Shown: positions 12,547 through 25,654, counted from the first letter of the whole stretch. The stretch is 63,973 bases of DNA, filler included, from Reticulomyxa filosa (GCA_000512085.1; 13 parts of 13 records of this genome joined end to end with filler, not necessarily neighbours in it); one strand, 5' to 3'. A program made the numbers and translations. The notes: a model not told the origin generated them from the sequence alone.

Positions 12547-14181
12547 TCATATCGCGGTATGTTCTTTGTCAACATACGCCTTGATTAAAGCAATGACCTT
12601 TTTTTGGCGTGCGTGAAGCAACCCCAATTCAGTGGCGTTCCATGTGTCCACAGAATGTAGTACTTTGTAAACACATTTCTTAGTAATGTCAGCATAGCTA
12701 GTTTTGGAAATTTTGTTTTGTTTGTACAATGGATGCAACTGCTCACGACACCATTGAACAACCAATGTGTGAGCCGATTTTTTGAAAGTTTTGTCACTGC
12801 TTTCCTTTTTTTTAACATTTTTATCTTTTTTTGATGTATTCGTTTCAACATCACTTTTATTCTCACTTGCATTTGGACCTTCTTTCATTGCATTTGAGGC
12901 TTTTGTTCTCTGTTTTTTCTTTTTCGTCATTGTTTTGTGAGTGGTTTTGGTTTTGTTTTTGTTTTTATTTTTGCATTTGGTATCTTTTGCATCCTCTTTT
13001 TGGCGACCCTCTTTTTTTTTTGAGGCTCTGAATTTGCAACTCTTTTTCCAAGTCGACAAATTGGCAGTCATCACTGTCATCCTCGTCGTCGTCTTCATGC
13101 GAGAGAGTACCAGCAGTGTTATACAGCTGCATACTCTCGCCTGTGTTTAATTTCTTGCGCTTGTTTGGAGACGTGAGCATATATGGATCGGCCAGATCTA
13201 CTCCATCTTTGTCTTTATCTTGATCTTTATTACCCAACAAATCTGCTTTCGTTGTGTTTAACACTACTTTTTTGGTAGACGAACTGCGTGATGCTGCAAG
13301 ATTGCGAGTACTCGAAATTAATTCCAAATTGGAGTCATCATTTTCATTTTCATTTTCATTCTCACTCTCATTTTCATTTTCGTTTTCGTGTTCGTTTTTA
13401 TTATTCCTGGTATTGCCATTATGATCGTCGGTCATTGCTTTTTTCAGCAAATCCTCTTTGTGTTTGGCAAAACTGTTTGCGCTTGTAAATGCAGGTTCTA
13501 TTGGCGAGTCGGCGACAGATCGCAATGTCCCTGGTTTCACACTGGAAGGTTTTACAGGATTGGCACTGCTACTACCGCTGTTGCTAGAATGAGACAAGTG
13601 CGCTTGCGAAGTCCGCTTCGGAGGTGCGCTCAGCTTTGCTGATGTCTGCGATTCAAATGTTCCGAGTCTTTTGTCTCTTTCTTCTTCCCATTTCAGCTTT
13701 GTGGTTATATTGTTTTATACGTGCTCGTTTACCAAAGTATTTTTTTTTTTTTTTTTTTAATACATGTATACGTATACATTATATGTATGTACATGTATAT
13801 GTGTATAATTAGAGTCAATCCCACTTCAAACTTTCAAAAGCACAAGCTCCATAGCGGCAGTCGCATCTTCGACACTGGAATGTCCCATGTTGCGATTGGC
13901 TTCTTGATCTTGAATGGTTTTGTTCAAGCATTGTTCCGCCAAGTGTTTCAAGGACAGTTTGCGGTCCCACTTGCGCCCGTTTTTTTGGGAGCGCGGGACC
14001 ATGAAGAGGACGGCGGTATCGATTACTCGAGTGTGTACCAGCTGGAGTGCCTTCAAGTCATTTTCTAGCGAGTGTCCGATCAGTATCGATTTTTGGTCCA
14101 TGAACGTCCACATGTCTTGCTGCACTTGTTGCAAAGTCCATTCAACACTCGACAAGATTTCGGCTGTGATACCTGAATACC
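12547..14181 (-). CDS. DEDDh 3'-5' RNA exonuclease (REX1/REXO-like) with C-terminal SRI/SCAF11-type helical domain; 5' truncated
   Basis: YSGIT...ILIGHSLENDLKALQLVHTRVIDTAVLF...SLKHLAEQCLNKTIQ...GHSSVEDATAAMELVLLK; intron 13831-~13697 continues in frame (LKWEEERDKRLGTF); 1-nt shift in A10 at 13012-13021; C-term LHPLYKQNKISKTSYADITKKCVYKV...LIKAYVDK. Confidence 0.85.
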
Positions 14182-14183
14182 TT

Positions 14184-14219
<36 letters not shown>

Positions 14220-14298
14220 CGCTATTTTGTTCTCCTCCCCCCCTTTCCCCTTTTTTTTTTTTATTAACAAAAAAAAACAACTCGTAAGATAATTGACG

Positions 14299-14398
14299 NN
14301 NNNNNNNNNNNNNNNNNNNNNNNNNNNNNNNNNNNNNNNNNNTTAATTAATTAANNNNNNNNNNNNNNNNNNNNNNNNNNNNNNNNNNNNNNNNNNNN
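14299..14398. other. Artificial contig linker
   Basis: N44-TTAATTAATTAA-N44. Confidence 0.99.
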
Positions 14399-14435
<37 letters not shown>

Positions 14436-14436
<1 letters not shown>

Positions 14437-16863
14437 TTCATCGCAAAGGCGGTATCATGATTGCAGCAACGGATTTATTGGCATGCACGCAAGTGAAACC
14501 ACCTGGAGAATGGGGTGCTGACATAGTTGTTGGGACCAGTCAAAGATTTGGTGTACCTTTGGGATATGGTGGTCCTCATGCAGGATTTTTGGCAACGGAA
14601 GAACAGTATCTACGTAAAATGCCAGGAAGAATTATAGGTATTACACGCGACAGTCGTGGTAAACCTGCTTATCGAATGACCTTGCAGACACGTGAACAAC
14701 ACATTCGTCGTGACAAAGCCACTTCGAATATTTGTACTGCACAGGCCTTGTTGGCGAATGTAAGCGCTGCATATGCTATTTATCACGGACCAAAGGGCTT
14801 AGATGCAATTGGCAAACGAGTGCATTTGTATGCATGTGCACTTGCCCAAGGATTAAAAGATGCGGGTGCGACGGTCCACAATGAACATTTCTTTGACACG
14901 ATTCAAGTTTCCGTCAAAGGTAAATCCACCAATGATTTAGTCAAAGCTGCTGAGGCCAAAAAAATCAATTTGCGTCGGTGTAGTGATGGTAAATCCATAT
15001 CCATTTCATTCGATGAAACAACTACAATTCAAGATGTTGACGAATTGATTGAAGTTTATATACTAATTTATAACATAATATATACATATACATATACACA
15101 TATATGTATGTATATATTTACAATAAAAAAAAAAAAAAAAAACATACGTAAATAATTTTTTTTTTACACAGTTATTCAATTCGATTTCCGGAACAAAGGA
15201 AAAAAATCCAATGCCACCCAAGTATTGCAAAACCTGTCGGAAAAATCTGTTACCTCAATTCCTTCTTCATTGAAACGTGAAAGTGAATATTTGACTCATT
15301 CTGTTTTTAATAATCATCACTCAGAAACAGCGATGATGCGCTACTTATATTCTCTTGAACGCCGAGATTTGGGATTGAACACAGCAATGATACCTTTGGG
15401 CTCTTGTACAATGAAATTGAACTCGGCCACTGTAATGACCCCTGTCACTTGGCCACAGGTCAATTCTGTTCATCCATTTGTACCCACATCACAAGTTCCT
15501 GGATATCAAACCATGTTGCAACAAATGGAACAATGGCTACGTGAAATTACTGGTTTTGACGGTGTTTCTTTGCAACCCAATTCTGGTGCTCAAGGAGAAT
15601 ATACTGGATTGATGGCCATTCGTGCCTATCAACAATCAAAAGGTGAAACCCATCGAAATATTTGCTTAATACCGACTTCTGCACATGGAACCAATCCCGC
15701 TTCCGCTGCTATGGTGGGCTGGAAAGTTGTTCCTGTTAAGTGTGATGTCAAAGGCAACGTAGATTTGAAAGATTTGGCCGAGCTTGCAAAAAAACATGAA
15801 AAACAGTTTTAAAACTATTTATACATGTATATAAATGTATGTGTTGTGATAACATCCAACATATATAATTAAATTCTTTTTCTTTTATGTCGTGAATGAA
15901 TACAGGTTAGCGTGTGTAATGGTAACTTATCCTTCAACTCATGGTGTGTACGAAGAAGGAATTCGTGAATTGTGTAATATTGTTCACGCTCATGGTGGAC
16001 AAGTATACATGGACGGTGCCAATTTGCAAGCCCAAGTAGGCTATTGCTCTCCTGCTGACATTGGAGCTGATGTTTGCCATTTGAACTTACACAAAACATT
16101 TTGTATTCCTCATGGCGGTGGTGGTCCAGGCATGGGACCCATTGGAGTTGCTAAACATTTGACTCCTTTCTTACCTGGGCACAGCGTCGTGGATTGCAGC
16201 AAAGACCAAAAAAAAGCCATTGGCGCGGTCTCAGGTGCTCCATGGTCAAGTGCCAGTATTTTACCTATTCCATGGATGTATATTCGAATGATGGGAACAA
16301 GTGGATTGGAACAAGCTACTGCCATGTCCATTGCCAACGCCAACTACATGGCAAAACGTTTGGAAGGTGAATACAGTATACTGTACCGAGGTACCCAAGG
16401 ATTTTGTGCTCATGAATTCATCATTGATCTGAGACCATTAAAGAAAAGTGCGGGAATTACTGGTGAGGATGTTGCCAAGCGATTGATGGACTTCAGTTTC
16501 CATGCGCCAACCATGTCTTTCCCAGTGCCAGACACGTTGATGGTAGAACCAACAGAGTCAGAGCCTTTAAGTGAATTGGACCGATTGTGCGACGCCTTAA
16601 TTCAAATCCGTTCTGAAATTAGAGATATTGAACAAGGAAAAATCAAAGTGGAAGACAGCCCACTTCGCCATGCACCACATACAGTTGATGTAGTCACTGC
16701 CGATGAATGGAAACGTGCATATCCACGATCACAAGCATCAGTTATTCCAAACAAAACCTTCTGGCCTTATGTTGGAAGAGTCGACAATGTCTATGGAGAT
16801 AAAAACCCTGTGTGCATATGTCCAAGTGTTGAGGAAATGGCACAAATGCAGGGCAGCTTTTAA
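14436..16863 (+). CDS. GLDC: Glycine dehydrogenase (glycine cleavage P protein), 5' truncated
   Basis: [54 protein letters not shown]-lysine motif HLNLHKTF; introns 15054-15171 and 15806-15905. Confidence 0.97.
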
Positions 16864-17527
16864 AAGAAGATACTTTTAAAAGTTTGTACAATTAATTTTT
16901 TCGAGTTGACTTTTATTACTCCTTTTTTACCGGTAACATATGATGTCCAAAGCAGTTTTGCTTGCAATTTCTGGTCGTTTGGGCTTCTCTATTAAATACA
17001 TCATACAAGTTTTCTTGATCTAAACATTTGGAGTCCTTTAAGTGTTTTGGAAAAAACAGACCCAACAATTCTAAAAATTACAATGGTTCTTATTACTTTT
17101 TAACAATCCTTTTTTAATGGACATATGCACTCAAATTTCCATGTACAAAAGTTGAAAAAATTATTACTGTACTGATGTTCCACTTCATCCCTTTTTCCCC
17201 TATGTTTTACAACAGGATACCAACAATGCTTCATGAATAATGCCAACATCTTCTCTCGATGTGTATGTGGTTGCACAAACAAAGGAACAGCGCCTTTGAG
17301 TTTGACTGTGAAAAGATTGAAAGTAGCCTAAAATCCTTTGGCTTACAAGCCATACTTTTAACGAAAAATTAAAATTAGTAATGAAAGGAAAGAAAAAAAA
17401 AAAGAAGGGTCATTAAATAACCACACATCACAAATCTTCAAAAAAGATATAAGAAACAAAATAATCTACTCAATGTGAAATATAACGGATAAAAAGCGTG
17501 TACAACGTTGTATAAACACAAAAATAG

Positions 17528-19264
17528 CTACAGAATTGCACAATGCTGATTTGGGCAACATGTAGCGCCATGACAACGAGGGCCTCTATTGTCAGATATT
17601 TCACTTGGGTTATGTTGTTGCAAGACAGACTTTTGTGAACCAACAGATTGTCTGACATTTGGATCAGGAAAGGTGTTGTCATTCGTTGTATTGACAATTA
17701 ATGGTAATTCTTCACTTTCATTGTCTTGAAAAGTGACACTTTGTGGTCTTGGAGTGGTGCCAGTTTGAGGTGCCGTTGTAACTTTGCCTTGTTGGGATTG
17801 TTTCCATTGTGTATTTAATTTTTCCAATAATAAGATAAGAGAATCTTTTGGCAATTGATCCAAGGCGACGCCTTGAATGTCTAAGGTCGTTCGTCCATCC
17901 AACATGTCTTTGACATTACTTGGAATATCCTCGTGTTTTGTCAAATCATTCTCACTCTTATTACTCAAATTGGTTTTGTCATCATCCTTCGCGTTCAGAT
18001 ATTGTCCTCCATCAGACTTGTATAAAATATTAATTTTTTTGAAACAAAACAAAAAGGATATATTACAACAACACATCCACATTATACATATAGTACATAT
18101 ATAATAAACTAATTGAGATAATTCTGAATCGGAATCAATTTCTGTGATAACAGGGGTAGCTGATTGTCTTTTTTTTCCATGTTTTTTGTTGTCAAGTTTC
18201 TTTTCTGTTTCCTTGTCAGCATCATCTTTTTCCCCTTCTTCATCGCCTTCTGCTTCTTGCATGTTCCCAGGTTCTTCCAAAACCATCGACATAGAGTCGA
18301 TTTGTTGTTGTTGTTGTTGTTGTTCCATGATTTGGACAAATTGCAATAATGTGACATCTTGTGCTCTTGACATTCGCCTTTGATAGCTCATTTCTTGTGT
18401 CAGCTCTTTTTCCAATTGAAGGCTTTCCTCGGCAGAAACTCGCATTTGTGCATTGTCGATTTTCCATTCCTTATCATCGTCCACAAGTTCGCTGTTATTG
18501 TCTTCGTTTAGATTTGTTTTCACAAATTCGTCAAACGAGGGCGGTGCTTCATCCAATCCCGTGTCATTACTCGATCCGATTGTGATCGTCAGTGATGGAT
18601 TCATCTCCGTTCCGCCCGGACAAGGTTCGGTTACTTTTTCATCTTCAACCCCAATTCCATTGCCTTCTTCTCTTTTTTCTTGTTTGTTTGCATTTGCCCC
18701 ATTTTCCATTGATTGACGCATACCAAAGAACCTTTTTTTTTTTTAAAAAGGGAAAAAAAAAAAAAAAAAGCATCCCTTTTTATTTCGAATTGTGCTCAAT
18801 CCACATGTATACGTAAGGGAGGGACTCATTTGGAACTTCTTCTTGAAGTTGAGAGATGGTAAGTTTTTGATGAGTGACAACGTCTTGTAATTTGTCCAAA
18901 TATGCTTGCAGCTGCAGAATGAACTGGTCTTTGTTCAGTTTCGTTTTGGCCTTGACAGGGGTGACTTTCACCAATGACGCCGTTTCGGCAAACCGCAATG
19001 TAGATATGGTGGACTTGCTGTTGTCCACAGAGGGCGACAAGGTAAACAGCACCGAAATAAACATATTGTGGTTCAAATATTGATGCAATGTCCGACGCAA
19101 CCCACTTCCAATTGCTTTGCGTAATTGTCGCTATTCCAGCATTTTGTTTGCTTATCCAAATAAATAAATAAGTTTATTATTATTATTATTATTATTATTA
19201 TTTCACATACCTTCTTCAATTCTTTAAAAATTTCTTGAACTTCTGACAAGCCATGATTGATACC
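17528..19264 (-). CDS. Divergent kinesin (end of motor domain, coiled coil, acidic tail, terminal CAIL); 5' truncated
   Basis: INHGLS..., ISVLFTLSPSVDNSKSTISTLRFAETASLVK (kinesin alpha6 signature), neck-coil-like DQFILQLQAYLDKLQ; tail ORF 17528-18721 with in-frame intron. Confidence 0.75.
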
Positions 19265-19316
19265 TTTTTTTTTTAAAATTTTGTTTAAAGTATATTACCG
19301 GTATGATGACGGATGC

Positions 19317-19347
<31 letters not shown>

Positions 19348-19363
19348 GGGGGAAAAAAAAAAA

Positions 19364-19463
19364 NNNNNNNNNNNNNNNNNNNNNNNNNNNNNNNNNNNNN
19401 NNNNNNNTTAATTAATTAANNNNNNNNNNNNNNNNNNNNNNNNNNNNNNNNNNNNNNNNNNNN
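19364..19463. other. Artificial contig linker
   Basis: N44-TTAATTAATTAA-N44. Confidence 0.99.
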
Positions 19464-20605
19464 CTTGTTTCATAATCTATAAAATTTTTTTATTTTTTAA
19501 CCTTTATATGTAAAATTACATTTATATACGTGTAACCTTTTTGAGCAAAAAAAAATTTTATCCCCTTTTTCATTGTACGTTTTTGTTTTTTTGCTACCTC
19601 TTTTGCTTGTAATTTTTTGAGGACACGAAATGAACACATTCATTAACTTTATGAATCGAAGTTGCTGATATAAGGTTCATCAAACTATAAAATAATAATT
19701 GATTGCACCTGTCTACCCTCCAGTTGTCACCATCGTGATCTAATTGTGAGCCGGTGCCTGATATTGCTATTCCAGGTGCTACTACGAGTCTCTTTGCAAA
19801 ACCTTTTTTTTAAACAAAAAAACAATTAATTTTTATTGAAAAAAGCTATGTTTTTTTTCGCAACATCATTATTTTTTTAAAAAAGAGTTTTTTAACTCAA
19901 GAAAAGTCAAAAAAAACTTATGCACACAAAAACAAAAAAAACAAGGAAAAGTTCTTGCAAGTTAACTGATGATAACGCTAAATAGCAGCAAAAGAATTTT
20001 ATTCATTGAAGTGTTTTCTTTTTTCGCAAACGAAATAACTTTTGTTAAGATTCAAAGCAAGCAAAAGTTAAAATGGAAACAAAAAAAAGGAAGATATTAC
20101 AATGAAATGGTATAATAAACTACAAAAACAAGACAACGGAACACTAAAACTAAAACACACCAAAAGGGGGGGGGCGCAGGGGGAGGAAAGTCTCGCTGGA
20201 CAAAAAACAAATTGTTTAGTGCATTTTGGTTTGTTCCAGATGTAAATATATGGAAATTGTACTGTTTTCTAGGTTGTTTTTGTTTAGATCAGAACATGTA
20301 TTTATTTAGCTTTGCACAAAGAAAAAAAAGTGTTATATACATTGAATACACACATCCTGACGTTGTCCCTCCATAAATACACGAAAATGGACATTTCTCA
20401 TCTTGACCTGCTGATCCTCTGTATTTTTCCAACAAACCATTTATGAAATCATTTGCAAGTGCGTAGTTCAATTTACAGATATCACTAACAAAATTATTTT
20501 TTGCAATAATTAGTTTACTAATCAAAAAGTATTGCACGAAATATATATTTTCACAACCTTTCATTTTTCAATTACACAAATATATTTATTCACAAGGACT
20601 TACTT

Positions 20606-20705
20606 NNNNNNNNNNNNNNNNNNNNNNNNNNNNNNNNNNNNNNNNNNNNTTAATTAATTAANNNNNNNNNNNNNNNNNNNNNNNNNNNNNNNNNNNNNNN
20701 NNNNN
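20606..20705. other. Artificial contig linker
   Basis: N44-TTAATTAATTAA-N44. Confidence 0.99.
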
Positions 20706-21235
20706 TCTCTCTCTCTCTCTTTCCTTTTTTTTCAGTTTTTGTAAATAAGAAGAGAGGAGAAAAAAAAAAAAAAGGAACACTCCAATGGCAAGTGAACTTT
20801 TTTGTTATGATTAACCGCCTTGGCATTTTTTTTTTTTGCTTTGTACAACTGCATACTTGCGCGCACAATATAACTGAGCATGTGTTTTAAACACACACAA
20901 AATAAAATAAAAAAAACAAAAAAATACCAAAACATCAAAATTACAGTCGTCAAAAACTAAGCAGCCATTGAAGTGCTGTTTATGCCTTGTGTCTTTTATA
21001 TGTCTGTGCACTTGCTGTGGCGTCACAAGTTGAACGGTGAGAAAAAAAATCGTAAAGGTTGCTTTCTTTGAAAGAGACAAACACAAAACAAAACACTTGG
21101 CTTTGCAAACAAAATGTACACTTCAAATCCAAATTGGAAACTTTTTCTGATTTTGTTCATTTTGTCGTCTTGTTGTGCTAATTTCCTTTTTATCGTTTGG
21201 ACCATCCTTGTTGTTTTTTTGGTCCGGATTTACAG

Positions 21236-22473
21236 GGCCAAGCCGGACGCCTTATCTTGGGTGGACACACTGTCATTGCAGAATGGTTTAAGTCAAAAGA
21301 GGACCGGCCTTATCGCCAAATTTATGTCAAAAATATTCCCGATTCATGGAGCGATGAACAGTTGTTAGTTTTGTTTGAAGCACAAACACTTGGCAAAATC
21401 AAGTCGTTTACGGTTCGTAATTCACCATATGGACGCTGGGCATGTATATCCTTCCACGAGCCTGGAAGTGCTGTGAGGGTTTGTCTTTGCCTTTGTTGCT
21501 GTTTCAGTGTTCACTTTGCTTTCCTTTCCTAACCTGATTTGTTCATGTTGGATAATGTGTGGATAGGCAATTGAAAAACTAGATGGTTGCCCGACAGGAG
21601 ATCCAGCATCTCCGACATTGTCAGTGTCAAGATTCATGTACAAAATGGAACGGGAAAAGTTCAAATTAAACGAAAAAAGTGGGGGTGTTGTGCAAACCTC
21701 ATTTGCAGTGTATGTCGGAAATGTACCCAATTTGTTGACAGATGAGCAATTGTACCAATTGTTTTCCCCCTTTGGAAATGTATTGAGTACAACGGTATTG
21801 CAAAAGACAGAAGATTACAAATACGGCTTTGTCAATTTTGAATGTGCAGATGACGCCGCAAAGGCTTTGTTACACATGAACGGCAAAATTATTGGAGGAA
21901 AGACGTTGCAAGTGAAACCTGCGACCAAAGATGTCACCAAAGCTGTTGCTATTTCACAAGCTGCATCCTCGGCTCACGAAAATACTTCCACCGTTTTGTT
22001 TTGTTTTGTTTTGTTTTGTTTATCTGCTTGTTTGTTTTTTGTTTGTTTGTTTTTTTAATTTTTTCTCCTCCTTGCACGTGGAAATTACCTTTTTCGTGTA
22101 ATACTACGAAACATCTTTTGTTAAGGCTCAATATCAAATGGAGACAATGAGACAACAACTGGGCACGACATCCAACGAAGAAAATCGTGTCCCAATGGAT
22201 CTTATAGACGCGGAAGCAACGTTAACAGACGGAAAAAATATTAAAGTGTGGAAGGTTCAGTGTGGCGAGGAATGGCATGAATATGACATGTCATTAGCAG
22301 GCATTGTGGAAGGCTTGATCGTTGGACAACAAGTTCAAGTCACATTACCGGATAGCAACTATGGTATCACACGCTTGTCGGCAACTGAAGCATTACAACA
22401 AAACTTGTCTACAGGGACGACCAGAAAAGTAATGCGCATTACACGTGAAAAAAAAATCCCAACGAAAAATTAA
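21236..22473 (+). CDS. Multi-RRM RNA-binding protein (PABP-like RRMs) with C-terminal WWE domain; 5' exons not identified
   Basis: RNP2/RNP1 IYVKNIP...WACISF and VYVGNVP...KYGFVNF; C-term WKVQCGEEWHEYD...QQNLSTGTTRKVMR (WWE pattern); donors 21479, 21993. Confidence 0.8.
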
Positions 22474-23087
22474 GCAAGATAAGTAATTTTCAATCAACAA
22501 AAAAGACTGGCCAACCGAATGCTTATATATAAAAAAAAGAACAAGAAGTTAAGATGTTCTTTTGATGTGTGACGGTTTGACAAAAAGTGATTAATAACAG
22601 TAGCTATGATTGAAATTTTGAATTACTTCTTTTGGTCAAGTGTTTGCGCTTGTCATTCAACAATTTTTTTGCCATTTCAATCATGATGCACAAACCAAAA
22701 ATCCAATTTAACATTTAAATACAATATCTGGTAATCCCTATTCGTTTACGATCCAGCATATAAACAAAATTCAGATTAACGCCGAAATTTTTGTTTTTCT
22801 TAGATTAAGCTTATCGCACTTTTCCAAAACTAAATTAAATGTATTTCTTATTTGAAAAATTTAAATTTGTTCACTGCTGAAATCAGTTATAAACTGGTTC
22901 TGCTCTTGAAAATTAAAAATGCAAATTTTTTAAAACAGCAAGCCGAGAAGTACATATTTTACAAAACAACATAATAATGCATCATAAATAGCTCGATGAC
23001 GTGTTAAGTTTTCCCCGAAGTAAATGAAAAAAAAAATTGTAATTTGTTCGTTTCAAGCGTTTATCTACTCACCCTCGTTTAAATAAT

Positions 23088-24334
23088 ATGAATCCAATGG
23101 AAGAAACATTAAGAAAAGACGTCGCTCCTTTGTCAAATGAAGGTCCATCTCAGCCAAACACGTCGGTAAGTCCTCGAAAGATTGAAGAACACTTAGTCAG
23201 TGGTACTCGTCACACACGACGAAAATCAGCGACTGAATTAAGACGTTTAAGTCACAGGAGTAAAGAAGCAGAAGAAGAAGAAACTGATGAGTTGCGTCAA
23301 TTGTTGGAATTGAAGCAATATCACGAATACTTTCGAGACTTTTTAACGATATGGAAAAACACTCTTGCGGGCAAATCGTTACAACTGACAGCAGAGATTA
23401 TTGAATGCTGCAATGATCAAAAGGAGAACAATGAACCACTGATCGACAGCGATGGAAATCCAACAACTAAGGAAGAGTTTGCAAAACAAGTAATGTTTTG
23501 GCTGTCGGGATGTGTTGCCAGGATAAATGAACCTCATCAGTTGATATATACATTACATATAATTAACATGTTACCTTTGCAATTGTATTTATTGCGATTT
23601 TCCTTAAAAGTGATATTGTCAGCTGTTTTTTTCACATACTTAAAAAAAAAGTATATTACGTGATTTTGAAAAGCTGCAAAAAGTGGGAATAAACGGAAAT
23701 CGATTAGACAAAATATTGAAAAGTATATTGGTACATTTGCGCGAGCATAAGTTATTTGACCCCAAAATTAATGAAATGTACAACGACATTTGCTTTCAAT
23801 TGTTGACCTTCTTTAATGTTATGCTATTGTCATCAACATTTTTTGCATTGTGTTAATTCTTGAATTCCAAAAAAAATCGACAACACAAAAAAAATTGTGT
23901 TGTTTTGACAGCCACCGAATTGTGAAAAGTGCCACACACAATTGACCGTGACAATGCCCAGAGACGTGAAACCAAGCAATACCCATAACCCTTACCATGG
24001 ATTTCTTTACAAAGAACAAACACGAAACGATTGTATCCCGGTTTGTGAATCTTGTCAACAGAGGCTAATGTTGGAAGATGTCTTCTTTCAGTGCCCAAAG
24101 TGTGGACCAAATGAAATTATTCGTGTCGTGCGTGGCGGAAGGCTAAAGAATGTTGTTAAAAATCCAGAAGGCGGAAGTACTATTTGTGTGGAATGCATTG
24201 TACGTCTTTGTGTCAATCACTCTTCTCATCCCGATCCAGATGAAGAAAATGCTGAAATGATTACTCCACCTCAAACCAACAAAGACGAAACTGATCAACC
24301 ACATGAACATGAACATGAAAATAATCAAGTTTAG
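23088..24334 (+). CDS. Hypothetical protein with C-terminal Cys/His zinc-binding module (C1/ZZ-like)
   Basis: ATG ORF 23088, later exon with H...CESC...CPKC...CVEC. Confidence 0.55.
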
Positions 24335-24862
24335 GAATCATGAAAAGGTTGGTGGGATAAGGGATACCTTTAATGATTTTATCATTCGTATTTTAGGCAA
24401 TGGGACAGCATGTTTTTTTTTTGCTGTTTTTAGTTTACATTCAGTTTAAAGAGAATGTTGCACCGGATTGTGGAAAAAAACAAATATAACAAAAATTCAT
24501 CACGAATGCGTTAAACCCAAAATAATTTTTATTATTAAAGTCGATCTTTTGTTTACAATTTTTTCTCCGCTAGGAGCATTTTTTATTAAGGAGATGAGCT
24601 TTGAACATCACCAAAAATGCTAAAAAAGGCATTACTATGCTCATAGTCCTAAAATGGTAATTTTGTGGTATGGTACATTCTCAGAAGTAAGAAAACACCA
24701 TAATTTCAAATGTACCGAACTGTAACATGCATCATTCAATTCTTGTCAATTTACAAGATTGTGATGCAGCTCTTATGGTATTTTTTAACAAACAGGGCTC
24801 CACATAAAAAGCACGATTTGGACATTTATCTCAATCTTTATTTTGTTTTCTTTTTAGAAACA

Positions 24863-25654
24863 CTAATATCCAACTGGGAGATTGTTGATTAAATTGTGTT
24901 TATCAGGCCGTGTTTTAATAATAGTCCGAATTAAGTGATCACACCCTAACTTGAATTGTTCCCCGTACGGATAATCTCTTCCTTCTGAAAAATCAAACCG
25001 AACTCCATACCATCTTTCATTAATTTGAAATACAAAGTGTGGATTTGCGAGTCGCTTTTCTAGATTATATTTGGCTTGACAATACTCTGTATCAAATTTT
25101 TCCTGTAACTCGAAGCTCATTGGAATCCATGACACCACTGCCTCTTCAAAATAATACCATTTCTCCGCTTGTTGAGTTGCCACTGCTAAAGTGTTTCGAT
25201 CTGATGGGCTTTGTCGCAAAATCAAGAAAATCTCAGTAAAGTGCTTTGATGAAGCTTCTTTTTTACATTTCCTAAGACATAAACAAAAGTACTTGTTTCA
25301 TTGGTTTGTTGCCCTGAGGCCTTTTCACATCCAAAGATTAGTAAATAATCCATGTACTCATATTATAGTATGTGCACAGTTTGACATACATAATTTTTTT
25401 AAGGTAAAATTCTGGAGTGGATTGCTTTTTTTTTTTTGCTTAGTACTTAACATATTATTTTCTTTGATCTCTGGCTGTTCTTCTCTGTCACTTTGTTTTG
25501 ATTGTTGTTCTTGTTCATGCTGCTGATCCGGATATTGTGGAGCTGGTTTGACTTCCCGTGTTTTTTGGCGGTGGCCGCTTTCTTTGCCGTTATCGTCAAA
25601 ATCTACGCTCTCCCAACACGGCACTTTTGGTATCATCGACTCGAAAAAGGACAT
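24863..25654 (-). CDS. Small protein with WWE-like domain
   Basis: ATG 25654, Q/E-rich exon, then KWYYFEEAVVSWIPMSFELQEKFDTEY...WYGVRF...EQF...IRTIIK. Confidence 0.55.

Noticed and set aside
13012-13021. Programmed frameshift in the exonuclease gene
   Set aside because: Falls in an A10 homopolymer; sequencing error is the simpler explanation.
19464-20605. Possible minus-strand exons (19700-19803, 20350-20570)
   Set aside because: Short, no recognisable domain, cannot be assembled into a gene.
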